Shown here in pieces: positions 18,669 to 28,687 of a stretch of 64,000 bases of DNA. The stretch comes from an uncultured Gammaproteobacteria bacterium (GTDB lineage: Bacteria; Pseudomonadota; Gammaproteobacteria; UBA9214), in NCBI GenBank assembly GCA_963748215.1, contig CAVVHS010000008.1, positions 462,297 to 526,296 of the forward strand. Direction: 5' to 3'. A program made the position numbers and the translations under genes. The notes beneath the pieces were generated by a model. It saw only the letters and a program-made list of their open reading frames with translations, was not told the DNA's origin and searched no databases. The first letter of the stretch is position 1, and each line of letters begins with the position of its first letter.

Positions 18669-20036
18669 TCAGGTACTGACCGACTTGAACTGCGGCGGGC
18701 TGAGCTGATGCTTGTGCAGTAGCTTGTAGAACTCGGTACGGTTGCGCTTGGCGATGCGCGCGGCATGCGCCACGTTGCCGTTGGTGATCTGCAACAACTG
18801 GGTCAGGTAGTCGCGCTCGAACTGATTACGCGCATCGGCGAACGAAGGAATATCGCCAGTCTCGTTGCGAAGGGCCCGCTGTACCAGGCTGGCGGGTATC
18901 AGCGGCGTCGTGGACAGGGCCACCGACTGCTCGACCACGTTGTAGAGCTGCCGGACATTGCCCGGCCAGGCGGCATACAGCATCGCCTCCTGCGCCTCGG
19001 GTGAAAAGCCGGTGATGCCCCGCTTGGTTGCATCCGGAAACTCCCGAAGGAAATGATTGGCCAGCAGGATGATGTCCTCGCGGCGTTCGGCCAGCGAGGG
19101 CAGCTCCAGGTTGACGACGTTCAGGCGGTAATACAGATCCTCGCGGAAGGTACTGTCTTCAACGGCCTGCAGCAGGTCCTGATGGGTCGCGGAAATGATA
19201 CGAACATCCACGTTGATCGAACTGGTCGAACCAACCGGCCGGATCACGCGTTCCTGCAGCGTGCGTAGCAGCTTGACCTGGAAGCCCAGCGGCATGTCAC
19301 CGATCTCGTCCAGGAACAGAGTGCCGCCCTCGGCGGCGCGGAACAGTCCCGGGTGGTCGCGGCTGGCACCGGTGAAGGCGCCCTTGACGTGACCGAACAG
19401 TTCGGACTCGAACAGCGACTCGGGGATGGCGCTGCAGTTCAGCGCAATGAACGGGCGATCCGCGCGCGGGCTGGCATTGTGGATAGCGCGCGCCAGCAGC
19501 TCCTTGCCGGTCCCGCTCTGGCCCTGGATGAGGACACTGGCGTCGCTGTCCGCGATCAGGCGCGCCTGCGTCAGCAGGTTCTCCATCAGCGGGCTGCGGG
19601 TGACGATCTTGCTGCGCCATTCCCCGGAGTCAGCCTCCGGCTGCGCGCCAGACCCATCGCCGGTAATCTTCAGGGCGCGCGCAACATGCTCAAGCAGCAC
19701 CTTGCTGTTGAAGGGCTTGGTCAGGTAGCTGAAGACGCCGCGGCTGGTCGCCTCGACGGCCTCCGGGATGGTGCCATGCGCCGTCAGGATCAGCACCGGC
19801 AGGCCCGGATTACGGCCGTGCACCTGGCTGAACAGCGTCATGCCGTCCATACCACCCATCTGCAGGTCGGTGATGATCAGGTGCGGACGGAACAGCGGTA
19901 GTTGCGCCAGCGCCTGTTCGCCGCTCTCGACCGCATTGACCTCATAACCGGCGGCAGACAGTCGCATGGACAGCAGTCGCAACAGGCTGTGGTCATCGTC
20001 TACCAGCAGGATTCGGTATTTTTCACTGTTGCTCAT
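18669..20036 (-). CDS. glrR: Sigma54-dependent response regulator GlrR/QseF
   Basis: REC + AAA+ (GQSGTGKE, GAFTGA, LFLDEIG) + AKRNRTEFYKLL tail typical of GlrR; kinase-lipoprotein-regulator synteny. Confidence 0.85.
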   Translation of the reverse strand: MSNSEKYRILLVDDDHSLLRLLSMRLSAAGYEVNAVESGEQALAQLPLFRPHLIITDLQMGGMDGMTLFSQVHGRNPGLPVLILTAHGTIPEAVEATSRGVFSYLTKPFNSKVLLEHVARALKITGDGSGAQPEADSGEWRSKIVTRSPLMENLLTQARLIADSDASVLIQGQSGTGKELLARAIHNASPRADRPFIALNCSAIPESLFESELFGHVKGAFTGASRDHPGLFRAAEGGTLFLDEIGDMPLGFQVKLLRTLQERVIRPVGSTSSINVDVRIISATHQDLLQAVEDSTFREDLYYRLNVVNLELPSLAERREDIILLANHFLREFPDATKRGITGFSPEAQEAMLYAAWPGNVRQLYNVVEQSVALSTTPLIPASLVQRALRNETGDIPSFADARNQFERDYLTQLLQITNGNVAHAARIAKRNRTEFYKLLHKHQLSPPQFKSVST

Positions 20037-20565
20037 TATCGATTACCACGGGGGTTTCCCGACTCTGGATGTTCTGTTCAATCGTGGTCAGAGCCTGCAA
20101 CTGCTGCTCGAGTTCCTCGATACGCCGATTTTGTTCAGTCACCTGTTTCCACAGAATGCTGAGTTTGCGATTTGACTGTCCCTGCTCATCGAGCATCTGC
20201 TGCAGAATCACGATCAGTTCGCGGTCCGCATCCGCCTTCGGCAGGGGATCGACATCGTCCAGCAGGCGGCGCGCACGCCGGATATCGCGCACCTGCTCGC
20301 TGCCCAGCGTCAACAGCAGCACCAGTCGCATGCGGTTGTTGATGTCGGGATTACCTGCAAAGGCCTTCTCCCAGTCATCCAGCGCCTGCTGCTGTTTGTC
20401 CGGCGACCTGTCACGTACATCGTGCAGGTAATCCAGCCAGATATTGGCTCCCGAGCGGCCGTCGACGACGGGTGCCAGCACGGTCGTGCGGTACTGCTGC
20501 ATCTCCGCGCACGCGGCCAGTCCTGCCAGCAGCACCAGCGTCGTAAATATCCTTCTCAGCGTCAT
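20023..20565 (-). CDS. QseG/YfhG-like lipoprotein
   Basis: LAAC lipobox, C-terminal coiled coil ending LQALTTIEQ, lies between kinase and regulator. Confidence 0.7.
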   Translation of the reverse strand: MTLRRIFTTLVLLAGLAACAEMQQYRTTVLAPVVDGRSGANIWLDYLHDVRDRSPDKQQQALDDWEKAFAGNPDINNRMRLVLLLTLGSEQVRDIRRARRLLDDVDPLPKADADRELIVILQQMLDEQGQSNRKLSILWKQVTEQNRRIEELEQQLQALTTIEQNIQSRETPVVIDNEQQ

Positions 20566-21998
20566 GCAGCATGCTCCAGTGGCAGTACGACGCGGAGGCT
20601 CGCGCCCTTGTTGTCCGATTTTAGCACGGTGATATTGCCGCCGTGCGCCTGGGCATATTCCCGCGCGATCGACAGGCCCAGGCCGGTGCCGCGCACCGAC
20701 CCCTTGTTGGCCGGTGCACCCTGGTAAAAGGCATCGAATACCCGTTCCTGCTCGTCATCGGGAATGCCCGGTCCCGCGTCGGTTACCTTGATAATGGCAT
20801 ATTTACGATCGGCCACCAGTGAAACGGTCAATTGGCTGCCATCCGGCGAATACTTGATGGCGTTGGAAATCAGGTTGTCCATCATGACACGCAGCTTTTC
20901 CCGGTCTCCCATGAGCTTGACGGCATGCAGCCGGGCATTCGGCACCAGCTGGCGCGACATCATCGCAATCTTGTGGTCCGCGAGCACCTCCTCGATGACC
21001 GCGCCCAGCTCCACCGGCTTGCGCACCAGCCCCGCCGAGCGCGAGCGCATGATGCTGAAATTGAGCAGGTCCTCAATCAGCTTCTGCAGCTGCAGGCTGT
21101 TTTCGTGCAGGATATCGACGATCTCGTGCTGTTGGCTGTTGAGTTTTCCGGCCACCTGTTCCCGCATCAGCTCAGATCCTTCCCGAATCGCGGTGAGCGG
21201 CGTCTTCAGTTCGTGGGATATATGCTGCAGGAATTTCTTCTTGTCCTGCTCGACCTCGAGCAGACGACTGCGCAACCAGTCGAGCCGCTCGCCGAGCTGC
21301 TGCAGGTCGCGCGGCCCGGTGATATCGGCTGATTCCGCAAACTCACCGTCGCCCAGACGGCGAATGGCGTGGTCGATCTGCCGGATGGGACGGGAAATCA
21401 GGAAGGCAAAGATGCTGGTCAGTATGAGCACTGCGGGCACCAGGGCCACTGCCTGGATCACCAGTGTGCGCTTCACCTTCTCCGACTCGATCTGCATCTG
21501 CTCCACGCCACGGGTGATCAGGCCCTGGCTCTCGAGCAGGATCGTCTGGGCCATGCTGCTCAATTCGATGAAAGCCGGCAGGACATCGCTCGTCTCGGGC
21601 GCATCGTGCGGATAGGTCTGCAATATGGTGTGCAGTTCGTCCTCGGCGATGCGCAATGCCTCGAGCACGTCGCGCTGCCCTGACAACAGTTCGAGCGACT
21701 CAAGGCCCCGCGCCGTGTCGGCAAAGCGGGTATGGTTTTCCTTGTACACCTCGAACAGCACCTCATCGCCGAGTACCTGGTACTGGCGGGCATTGCGCTC
21801 CATGGCCTTGATGGCCTCGACCAGTGCCTGGCTGCCCTGAGTAGCGAATACGCTCTGCAACAGGGCCTGCTGACCATGGGTAACCAGGCGATCGACCGAG
21901 ACGGTTGTCACCACCAGCGCGACGATCAACGGCAGTGCAACCAGCGAGAAGCCGGTGAGGATGAGGCGCAGGATGGACTTTGGGCGGAAGAAACTCAC
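20562..21998 (-). CDS. glrK: Sensor histidine kinase GlrK/QseE
   Basis: MERNARQY periplasmic motif, HAMP, SHELKTPL, N/G boxes; probable start GTG 21998 (ORF open to 22115). Confidence 0.82.
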   Translation of the reverse strand: MSFFRPKSILRLILTGFSLVALPLIVALVVTTVSVDRLVTHGQQALLQSVFATQGSQALVEAIKAMERNARQYQVLGDEVLFEVYKENHTRFADTARGLESLELLSGQRDVLEALRIAEDELHTILQTYPHDAPETSDVLPAFIELSSMAQTILLESQGLITRGVEQMQIESEKVKRTLVIQAVALVPAVLILTSIFAFLISRPIRQIDHAIRRLGDGEFAESADITGPRDLQQLGERLDWLRSRLLEVEQDKKKFLQHISHELKTPLTAIREGSELMREQVAGKLNSQQHEIVDILHENSLQLQKLIEDLLNFSIMRSRSAGLVRKPVELGAVIEEVLADHKIAMMSRQLVPNARLHAVKLMGDREKLRVMMDNLISNAIKYSPDGSQLTVSLVADRKYAIIKVTDAGPGIPDDEQERVFDAFYQGAPANKGSVRGTGLGLSIAREYAQAHGGNITVLKSDNKGASLRVVLPLEHAA

Positions 21999-22544
21999 TG
22001 GACTGGCAGTCGGGACTCTGCTGTAAACCGGATCGAATGGTAAACGCCGACGTCCTGTTTGGAATTCCGTGACCGCGGCGACCGGCGCCAAGTCTAGCAG
22101 AACAATCCATTCCACATCATCCAGAGTAAGATGTATCTGATATATCTCTTTTTATACAATAAGATATACGCTTCACGGCACAGCCTTTTTTATTCACCAC
22201 GCCCACTGTATTTGCCATAACACCAGCCGGCAACATTTTTCCGGAATCCGCCAGTCAGGGTATATGGTATCTGCCACGGTCGCCGGTGTTGTTGATGCTG
22301 GCGCCTGCCATGTCCCGAGCACCGGGGTCGGGATCCGACTCTCAGCACAACCAGGGTCGCCGGCCTCATCTCCTTGCGGTCACGCATATGCGCGGGCCAG
22401 CATGGACGCTTCCAGCGGATTCAACATTCAGTGTCTGCACAGTGCCGGCAATTCCGGTTCATCCGACATCCTATTGCTGGCAGGCGGGCCCGTCCGGCAC
22501 ATCTCAGTCGACAACCCTGCATAAAGAATTACCGGCTCGTTGTG

Positions 22545-24548
22545 TTACTGAACGGTCTTTACGACGGGTGCCGATTTCTCACCTTCCAAACCGCTACTAT
22601 CATAGGTGCTCATTACGACGTAGTAGGACCCTACCGGCAGATCGGTGATTGACGCCGACGAGGCAGTACCATCTGCGATATCAACCGAGTTCGAATAGTC
22701 TCCCGCGGTCGTGCCGTAGTAGAGCCGGTAACCGTCGATCTCTGATAAAGAAAGTGGCGTGCCATCAGCACGCTCGACCGGTGCCACCCAGGTCAGGCTC
22801 ATGTTACCGGTCTGCACCGGAGCAGTATTCACCACGATCGAAAAGGCCGCCAGGCTGGTGGTGTCCGTGCCGTCTGTCACCGCGATCACGATGCCGCTGT
22901 AGGTACGGGCATCTGCATCAGTCGGGGTGCCGCCGAGCCGGCCGCTGATTACGTCGAAGCTGGCCCACGAAGGCATGTTGGAAATACTGTAACGCAGGGT
23001 GTCACCATCGGTATCTGTGGCTGCTGGCTGGAACACATAACTGCTACCGGCTTCCACAGAACCGTCGGGAGAGCCGGAAATGACCGGAGGTATATTGATG
23101 ATTGGGGGCGTATCAACGACCGGTGGCGTGTCGACAACCGGGGGCGTATCGACGACCGGCGGCGTATCGACAACCGGAGGCGTATCGACAACCGGCGGCG
23201 TATCGACAACCGGAGGCGTATCGACAACCGGTGGCGTATCGACAACCGGTGGCGTATCGACGACCGGTGGCGTATCGACGACCGGTGGCGTATCGACAAC
23301 CGGCGGCGTATCGACAACCGGTGGCGTATCGACAACCGGTGGCGTATCGACGATCGGTGGCGTATCGACGACCGGCGGCGTATCGACAACCGGGGGCGCA
23401 TTACCGTCCAATGCAACTACCTGGTTGATCGCATTTACATCACTGGAGCTGGCCGTGGCCACCTGATTCACGGCATTGACCAGGACCAGACTGCTGTCAG
23501 TGGGCAGAACAGTTTGAACCTCATCAGACAAACTGCCCGGGTTGAGGCTGGCAATGCCGGCGGCAAGTCCCACCATATCACTGCCCGAATCCAGCACCTG
23601 TGCTGCTGCCACTGCGATCCGGGCCTGCTCAAGCAGCTGTTCGGTAACCGCCACGCTGCCGGTCAATTGCGTATTGCTGACACCGGAACGTGTGGTGGTA
23701 ATAGACTGGTCCAGGGTCGACGTGGCAATCACTCCCCATACCCGCAGCCTGTTGCTCATGGTTTCTACCAGTACCTGGGCAGATACCACATTAGCTACGG
23801 ATGCCACGGTCGGATTCGAACCCACACCACCCAGACCATCGACAACGCCGTCGGTCAGATCTGCAGCCAGTGCTGTCAGGATACTGTTACCGCTGATATT
23901 TTTACCGGATGCAACAAGCAGATCGCGCGTGCGACGCACCATCTCGCCCGCAGCCTCGCTGGCCTTGACCAGGTTTGCGACATTTTCAGCTGTGATCTCG
24001 GTGGTAACCGGATCGGCAATGATATTCGAATTCAATCCGAAGCCCAGCTTCTCGAGCACAATCGGTCGAGCGGCATCGACATTATTACTGCTTAGTCCGC
24101 CAGGCATCTTTTCAGCAAGCATGACAATCAGCGTAGTGAACGGATTGATGTTTACCTGCTTGTCGGATGGACGCAGCATCACCGAGATCATTTCGAAATC
24201 AGGGGTTGTACCTGTAACCAGGTCAGTGCCACCGCTGACCACCAGGCGCAGCGGGTACTGGTTCTCTGCTGCCTTCAGCGTGGACCTGAAAGAAGCGGTG
24301 CTGTCACTGACCATGGAACCCAGCACTTCACCAGTATTGCTGTAGACCGTGATGGTTGCACCGATCACCGGGCCGTCACCGACGCTGCCACTGACCACGA
24401 CATCAGGAGCGTCAGGGGATACTGATCCTATGGAGAACACGTCGTCCAGCAGCTCCTCCGTATTGAGACATCCAGTCAGCGGGACAATCAATACTGCCGC
24501 CAGCATCAGCCTGTTCAGCAAGTTTCGCTTGTTGTGCCGTGTCATCAT
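22545..24548 (-). CDS. Putative surface lipoprotein with (PPVVDT)16 linker, putative Ig (He_PIG-like) and FnIII domains
   Basis: ATG 24548 with AGGAG RBS, LTGC lipobox, SGSVGDGPV domain, TWVAP..GYRLYYG. Confidence 0.8.
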   Translation of the reverse strand: MMTRHNKRNLLNRLMLAAVLIVPLTGCLNTEELLDDVFSIGSVSPDAPDVVVSGSVGDGPVIGATITVYSNTGEVLGSMVSDSTASFRSTLKAAENQYPLRLVVSGGTDLVTGTTPDFEMISVMLRPSDKQVNINPFTTLIVMLAEKMPGGLSSNNVDAARPIVLEKLGFGLNSNIIADPVTTEITAENVANLVKASEAAGEMVRRTRDLLVASGKNISGNSILTALAADLTDGVVDGLGGVGSNPTVASVANVVSAQVLVETMSNRLRVWGVIATSTLDQSITTTRSGVSNTQLTGSVAVTEQLLEQARIAVAAAQVLDSGSDMVGLAAGIASLNPGSLSDEVQTVLPTDSSLVLVNAVNQVATASSSDVNAINQVVALDGNAPPVVDTPPVVDTPPIVDTPPVVDTPPVVDTPPVVDTPPVVDTPPVVDTPPVVDTPPVVDTPPVVDTPPVVDTPPVVDTPPVVDTPPVVDTPPVVDTPPIINIPPVISGSPDGSVEAGSSYVFQPAATDTDGDTLRYSISNMPSWASFDVISGRLGGTPTDADARTYSGIVIAVTDGTDTTSLAAFSIVVNTAPVQTGNMSLTWVAPVERADGTPLSLSEIDGYRLYYGTTAGDYSNSVDIADGTASSASITDLPVGSYYVVMSTYDSSGLEGEKSAPVVKTVQ
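23104..23397 (-). repeat. 16 x 18-bp intragenic tandem repeat
   Basis: GGNGGCGTRTCRACRAYC units on the + strand, counted from 23104. Confidence 0.95.
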
Positions 24549-24668
24549 CTGCACTTTCTCCTGTGGTCCGGCATATGCAACCGGACCGAACAATCGATAC
24601 CGGGCAAACCCTTGAAGTATCATGGGAGAAATTAATCACGAGGTACGTGTTGAGCGACACAGCGACGC

Positions 24669-24684
24669 TGTGCTTCAGGTCACA
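24669..24684. promoter_or_regulatory. CRP/Vfr-like site
   Basis: TGTGC-TTCAGG-TCACA, one mismatch to TGTGA-N6-TCACA. Confidence 0.45.
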
Positions 24685-24845
24685 GAACGGGGCAATAACC
24701 GTTTAAACCAGGCGTTACAGACAGGCGCAAGCGGATGCCTGAATGAGGAGTTCAGCGTGTTCCGGGGTGAACAGAGGAAATTGTGAAACGTGCAGGGGCT
24801 TAACTGAAGGGATTATCTCGCTGCACACGACGAGCGGGAGATAGA

Positions 24846-26330
24846 CTAATGAGCTCCCCTGCCCAGCAGGACGACTTCCGCCGTCTGCAGCAATACCAGC
24901 GCATCGAGGAGGACGCTGTAATTCTTGACATAGTACAGGTCGTACTGCAGCTTCTCCTGGCCATCTTCTTCAGAGGCACCGTAGGGATATCGAATCTGGG
25001 CCCAACCGGTGAGTCCCGGCTTGACCCGGTGTCGTTCGTTGTAGTACGGAATGTTCTCTGCCAGGCGTTGCACGAATTCCGGACGTTCAGGCCGTGGTCC
25101 GACAAAGCTCATATCGCCCTTGAGAATGTTATACAGCTGCGGAATCTCGTCAAAACGGAACTTCCTGAGTATCGCACCGGTACGGGTGATGCGTGAATCG
25201 TTCTTCACAGCCCAGCGCGCTGTACCATCCTGCTCTGCATTGGTGACCATACTGCGAAACTTGTAAATCTGGAACGGCCTGCCATTCTCACCTACCCGTG
25301 TCTGGGCATAGAACACAGAGCCCTTGCCCCTGGACTCTGCGAATATCGCAAACGCGGCGAGTAAGGCAACCGGTGCCACAATGGGCGCCAACAGCAGGAC
25401 ACTGGCAATATCCATGATGCGCTTCCACATCCGTCTGAAGTGACTCACCTTGAATCCATTGGAAAGAAACAGCCAGCTTGGCTGCATGATGTCCAGCCGG
25501 ATCTTGTCGGTATTTCGTTCGAAGAAGGTCAGCAAATCAATGACCTCCACCCCGCCCATCTTGCAATCCAGCAAGTCGTGCGCCGGCAGGCCCTCACGGC
25601 GTTCATCCATGGCAAGCACGATGACGTCAATCTGTTTCTCGCCCACATACTTCGCAAGCGCGCCTTCTGTGTAGACCAGGCTGAGTCCCTTGCTGTTTAA
25701 AAGATCGCCAGGCATCGGCATGTAATTGATGATATTCATTCCATCGAGCTCGCCGGTTGCCTGTGCCTGCCGAACCAGATTTGCAGCCTTGCCGGCGCCG
25801 AGTATCAGGACCCGTATGCGCAGGTCATAGTCACTCATGATCTTCATGAACAGCAGGCGAACGGCCATGATGCTGACGAAACTCACAAACACAGCCAGGG
25901 CCAGCGCACCACGACCAAGGAAAAACTGGGGTATCACATAGTAGGTCAGGCCGAGTGCCACCAGCCCGATAATGAGGCTGCTGGAAATGCGCATGGCAAG
26001 TTTGCTGAGCATCTGCTGTGACTGGCGCTGGTAGGCGCCGAACGCAACCAGGCTTGTCAGCATAACCAGGGCGTAAACGAATGCACCCGAGGAATGGGCA
26101 CTGACAATCACATGCCAGGGCATCGTATCAAAGCGCAGCGCCACACCGACGTAGAAGGAAATTGTCAGCGCAATCAGCTCGATCACGCCCAGCAGGATAA
26201 ACTCAGTCGGTATGTGGTGCTTGAATACCTCGGTGGAATGCGAGAAAAACCTTACCTTGTTCTTCGCAGACGGACGCTTATGATCACCACCCGGATCACT
26301 GGAGTTTGATGGTTTGTTCTGCATTTTCAT
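24846..26330 (-). CDS. Priming undecaprenyl-phosphate sugar transferase, PEP-CTERM/XrtA-associated type
   Basis: N-terminal TMs; KFRSM, DEIPQL.NILKGDMSFVGPRPER, KPGLTGWAQ, YDLYY; start 26330 or 26324. Confidence 0.88.
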   Translation of the reverse strand: MKMQNKPSNSSDPGGDHKRPSAKNKVRFFSHSTEVFKHHIPTEFILLGVIELIALTISFYVGVALRFDTMPWHVIVSAHSSGAFVYALVMLTSLVAFGAYQRQSQQMLSKLAMRISSSLIIGLVALGLTYYVIPQFFLGRGALALAVFVSFVSIMAVRLLFMKIMSDYDLRIRVLILGAGKAANLVRQAQATGELDGMNIINYMPMPGDLLNSKGLSLVYTEGALAKYVGEKQIDVIVLAMDERREGLPAHDLLDCKMGGVEVIDLLTFFERNTDKIRLDIMQPSWLFLSNGFKVSHFRRMWKRIMDIASVLLLAPIVAPVALLAAFAIFAESRGKGSVFYAQTRVGENGRPFQIYKFRSMVTNAEQDGTARWAVKNDSRITRTGAILRKFRFDEIPQLYNILKGDMSFVGPRPERPEFVQRLAENIPYYNERHRVKPGLTGWAQIRYPYGASEEDGQEKLQYDLYYVKNYSVLLDALVLLQTAEVVLLGRGAH

Positions 26331-26625
26331 TTCACCAAACCTGTCTTGACATGAGTAACAGCGCGGCAACAGCCAAATCTCATCGATTGCTAAACCATCT
26401 CAGATGGATGGCCAGTATATCCAGCAGTACTTCATAGTAGTCAGCAGCAAATCAAGAAGGATAATGAGCGGTGCAAATTGCGCTCATCCAGACGTAAGCA
26501 TAGTCTTTAGAAGGGAAAGGGACAATACGTACAAAAGTACTAGTTTCGTCACCTCAACCCTAAGACTAAAGACTTAAGTTGAGTTTACAGGAGCCTTGCT
26601 CATAGGCTGCCCCTCGAGCTACCCG

Positions 26626-27921
26626 TTACCGGCCCAGATGGTAGCCCAGACTGGCAAAAACACTGTATTCGTTATATTCGTCAAGAGGGTTAGTGTTGTC
26701 CCTGTTGCGGAACTGCACACCTGCACGTGCATTCAGCCTTCTTGACAGGGCATAGCCCAACATTCCTCCTGCCTGGTAGTACTTGTCGGTAAGTGCCAGT
26801 TTTGTTTGATCGGTATGAATATACCGTCCACTCACAGACGCCGTCATCCTGGGGGACAGTTTGTAGCCCAGGCGGGCGCCATATTCCTGCACCTTACGGT
26901 CATCCGGTGTTGTCTGATAATTCAGGTCACGCCATTCAATCCAGGTGGAAAAATCGACTGTCGAGCCAGTCCGACCATACTTGACCCTCAGGAGAGAGTT
27001 GCGCAACACGTCGTTTGATATCTGGATATTGCCGAAGTTACCTGCATTCGGGTCAAGTGAAGTTGACAGGTACACATCACTGGCGTCAGTAAGCTCCGAG
27101 AGTAGAATCGCATTGACACTCGAGCGTGCAGTTAGCTTATAAAGGGCGTCCAGACGTCCGGTGACACCGTCAAAACCAGGGCCCGAATCACGATCTATGC
27201 TGGTTATGCCCACTGATCCCTTGTATTCCGATCTGGCACGCAAGACAGTTGCACCCACACTAGCTGCGGTACTGGTGTAGTCCGAATTCAGTGTATCGTT
27301 ATCGTAATTGACGTCCCTGAAACCGCCGGCTAGCGACACGGTGACGCCGGGGTAAAGCTGGTACGACCAGTCGGCCTCGACACCTGTCTGTTGATTGTCA
27401 TCATCCGAGGTTTCGTAATAAAAATCCTTGAATGACGGTACAATAACGACTGTATGCCTGCCGGCGGGCCGCAATGTCAATGACGCGCCAATGTTGAAAG
27501 CATTGATATCTTCGGTATTGTTCGGGGTGTCCGATGCGAGATTGTCTATAGATGACTGGCTGAAGTAATCTTTGACATCCCATCTCAGCAAATCCCTGAT
27601 CTGTTCCCAGCCGGCAGCTGCATCGAGGCGCAGGTAGGTTTGGTTGTCAAAGGTATTGTCCAGATAATCGAGATACCGCAAGGTTGCTTTCGCACTGCCG
27701 GTCAGGGGGCCCTGATCCTCGCTGACCGAGGCGCCGATCGTAGCGGTGGTTATCAGGTCGTCAGACTCGTTCACATCAACCAGCGCAGCATTATCGGTAT
27801 AGCGCAGATCGACTCCGACATCTCCGTTTACCTGCAGGGCGGTTGCAGCCGTATTGACAGACACTAGTGATGCAAAAAGGACCGGGGCAAACCAGCCAGG
27901 CTTTACAGTGCAATTATCCAT
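26626..27921 (-). CDS. EPS-associated outer-membrane beta-barrel protein
   Basis: Signal peptide, YTDN motif, alternating strands, terminal LGYH; sits between export and priming genes. Confidence 0.72.
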   Translation of the reverse strand: MDNCTVKPGWFAPVLFASLVSVNTAATALQVNGDVGVDLRYTDNAALVDVNESDDLITTATIGASVSEDQGPLTGSAKATLRYLDYLDNTFDNQTYLRLDAAAGWEQIRDLLRWDVKDYFSQSSIDNLASDTPNNTEDINAFNIGASLTLRPAGRHTVVIVPSFKDFYYETSDDDNQQTGVEADWSYQLYPGVTVSLAGGFRDVNYDNDTLNSDYTSTAASVGATVLRARSEYKGSVGITSIDRDSGPGFDGVTGRLDALYKLTARSSVNAILLSELTDASDVYLSTSLDPNAGNFGNIQISNDVLRNSLLRVKYGRTGSTVDFSTWIEWRDLNYQTTPDDRKVQEYGARLGYKLSPRMTASVSGRYIHTDQTKLALTDKYYQAGGMLGYALSRRLNARAGVQFRNRDNTNPLDEYNEYSVFASLGYHLGR

Positions 27922-27952
27922 AGCTACCACGCTCAGCAATTCCGACGCACAG

Positions 27953-28575
27953 TCAGAATGCGCTTTCGGGGACAGTGATCACATCTCCCGGAGACAGGTT
28001 TACATTCGTCGTCATGTCACCGTTCTCCAGGATGTCCTTGAGGCGGATATCATAGGTTTCCGTGCCTGTCTCGGTCCGCCTGTGCAGCTTGGTGCGGTTT
28101 GCATCGGCATAGATGCTGACACTGCCTGCATCAAGTACTGCGTCCAGCACGGTCATGCCCTGGTGAAAGTTCATCGAGGTATTATTACTCAACAGCACCG
28201 GTCACACGGATCCTCGACAGAAAGGCCTGTCCGGCAAGCTCGGTAAGTATGACGGTGACATTGGGATCCTTGATATAGTTCGACAGCTTCGTCTCGATAT
28301 CGTCGAGCCAGCTCCTCCGGCGACTTGCCCGCGGCCATGATATCGCCGACCAGGTGCACGGCAATCTTGCCATCCGGACGGACCGGCTCGGTGATCGACA
28401 GTTCCGGATTTTTCCAGACACTGATACTTACCTGGTCTCCCACGTCAATCGTGTAGGCCCCCTGCAGCACACCGTGCCCGCCATGCTGGGCCGGAAGGTT
28501 TGGAGGACCGGATACACATCCCGCAAGCATGAAAAGCATAAGGCCAATAAACAAACCCCTGACTGGAAATTTCAT
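27953..28575 (-). pseudogene. Wza-like polysaccharide export lipoprotein, two +1 frameshifts (~28305, ~28190)
   Basis: LAGC lipobox, VSVWKNPELS/VRPDGKI, PNVTV, LSPGDVITVPE spread over three frames; may be sequencing error. Confidence 0.82.
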
Positions 28576-28687
28576 GTTTTCTCCTTGACTTGCGCTACGC
28601 TGACAGGACTGGCGATGTAATAACTAGAATGACAGAAAACATTACCATAACTCACTGTTTTAGTGTACCTGGATTCCGGATTATTCA

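Noticed and set aside
24602-24632. c-di-GMP-I riboswitch-like GGGCAAACC
   Set aside because: Wrong strand for the adjacent gene and no GACGCAAAG continuation
24727-24741. Sigma54-like AGGCATCCGCTTGC on the minus strand
   Set aside because: GG-GC spacing is 9 rather than the required 10
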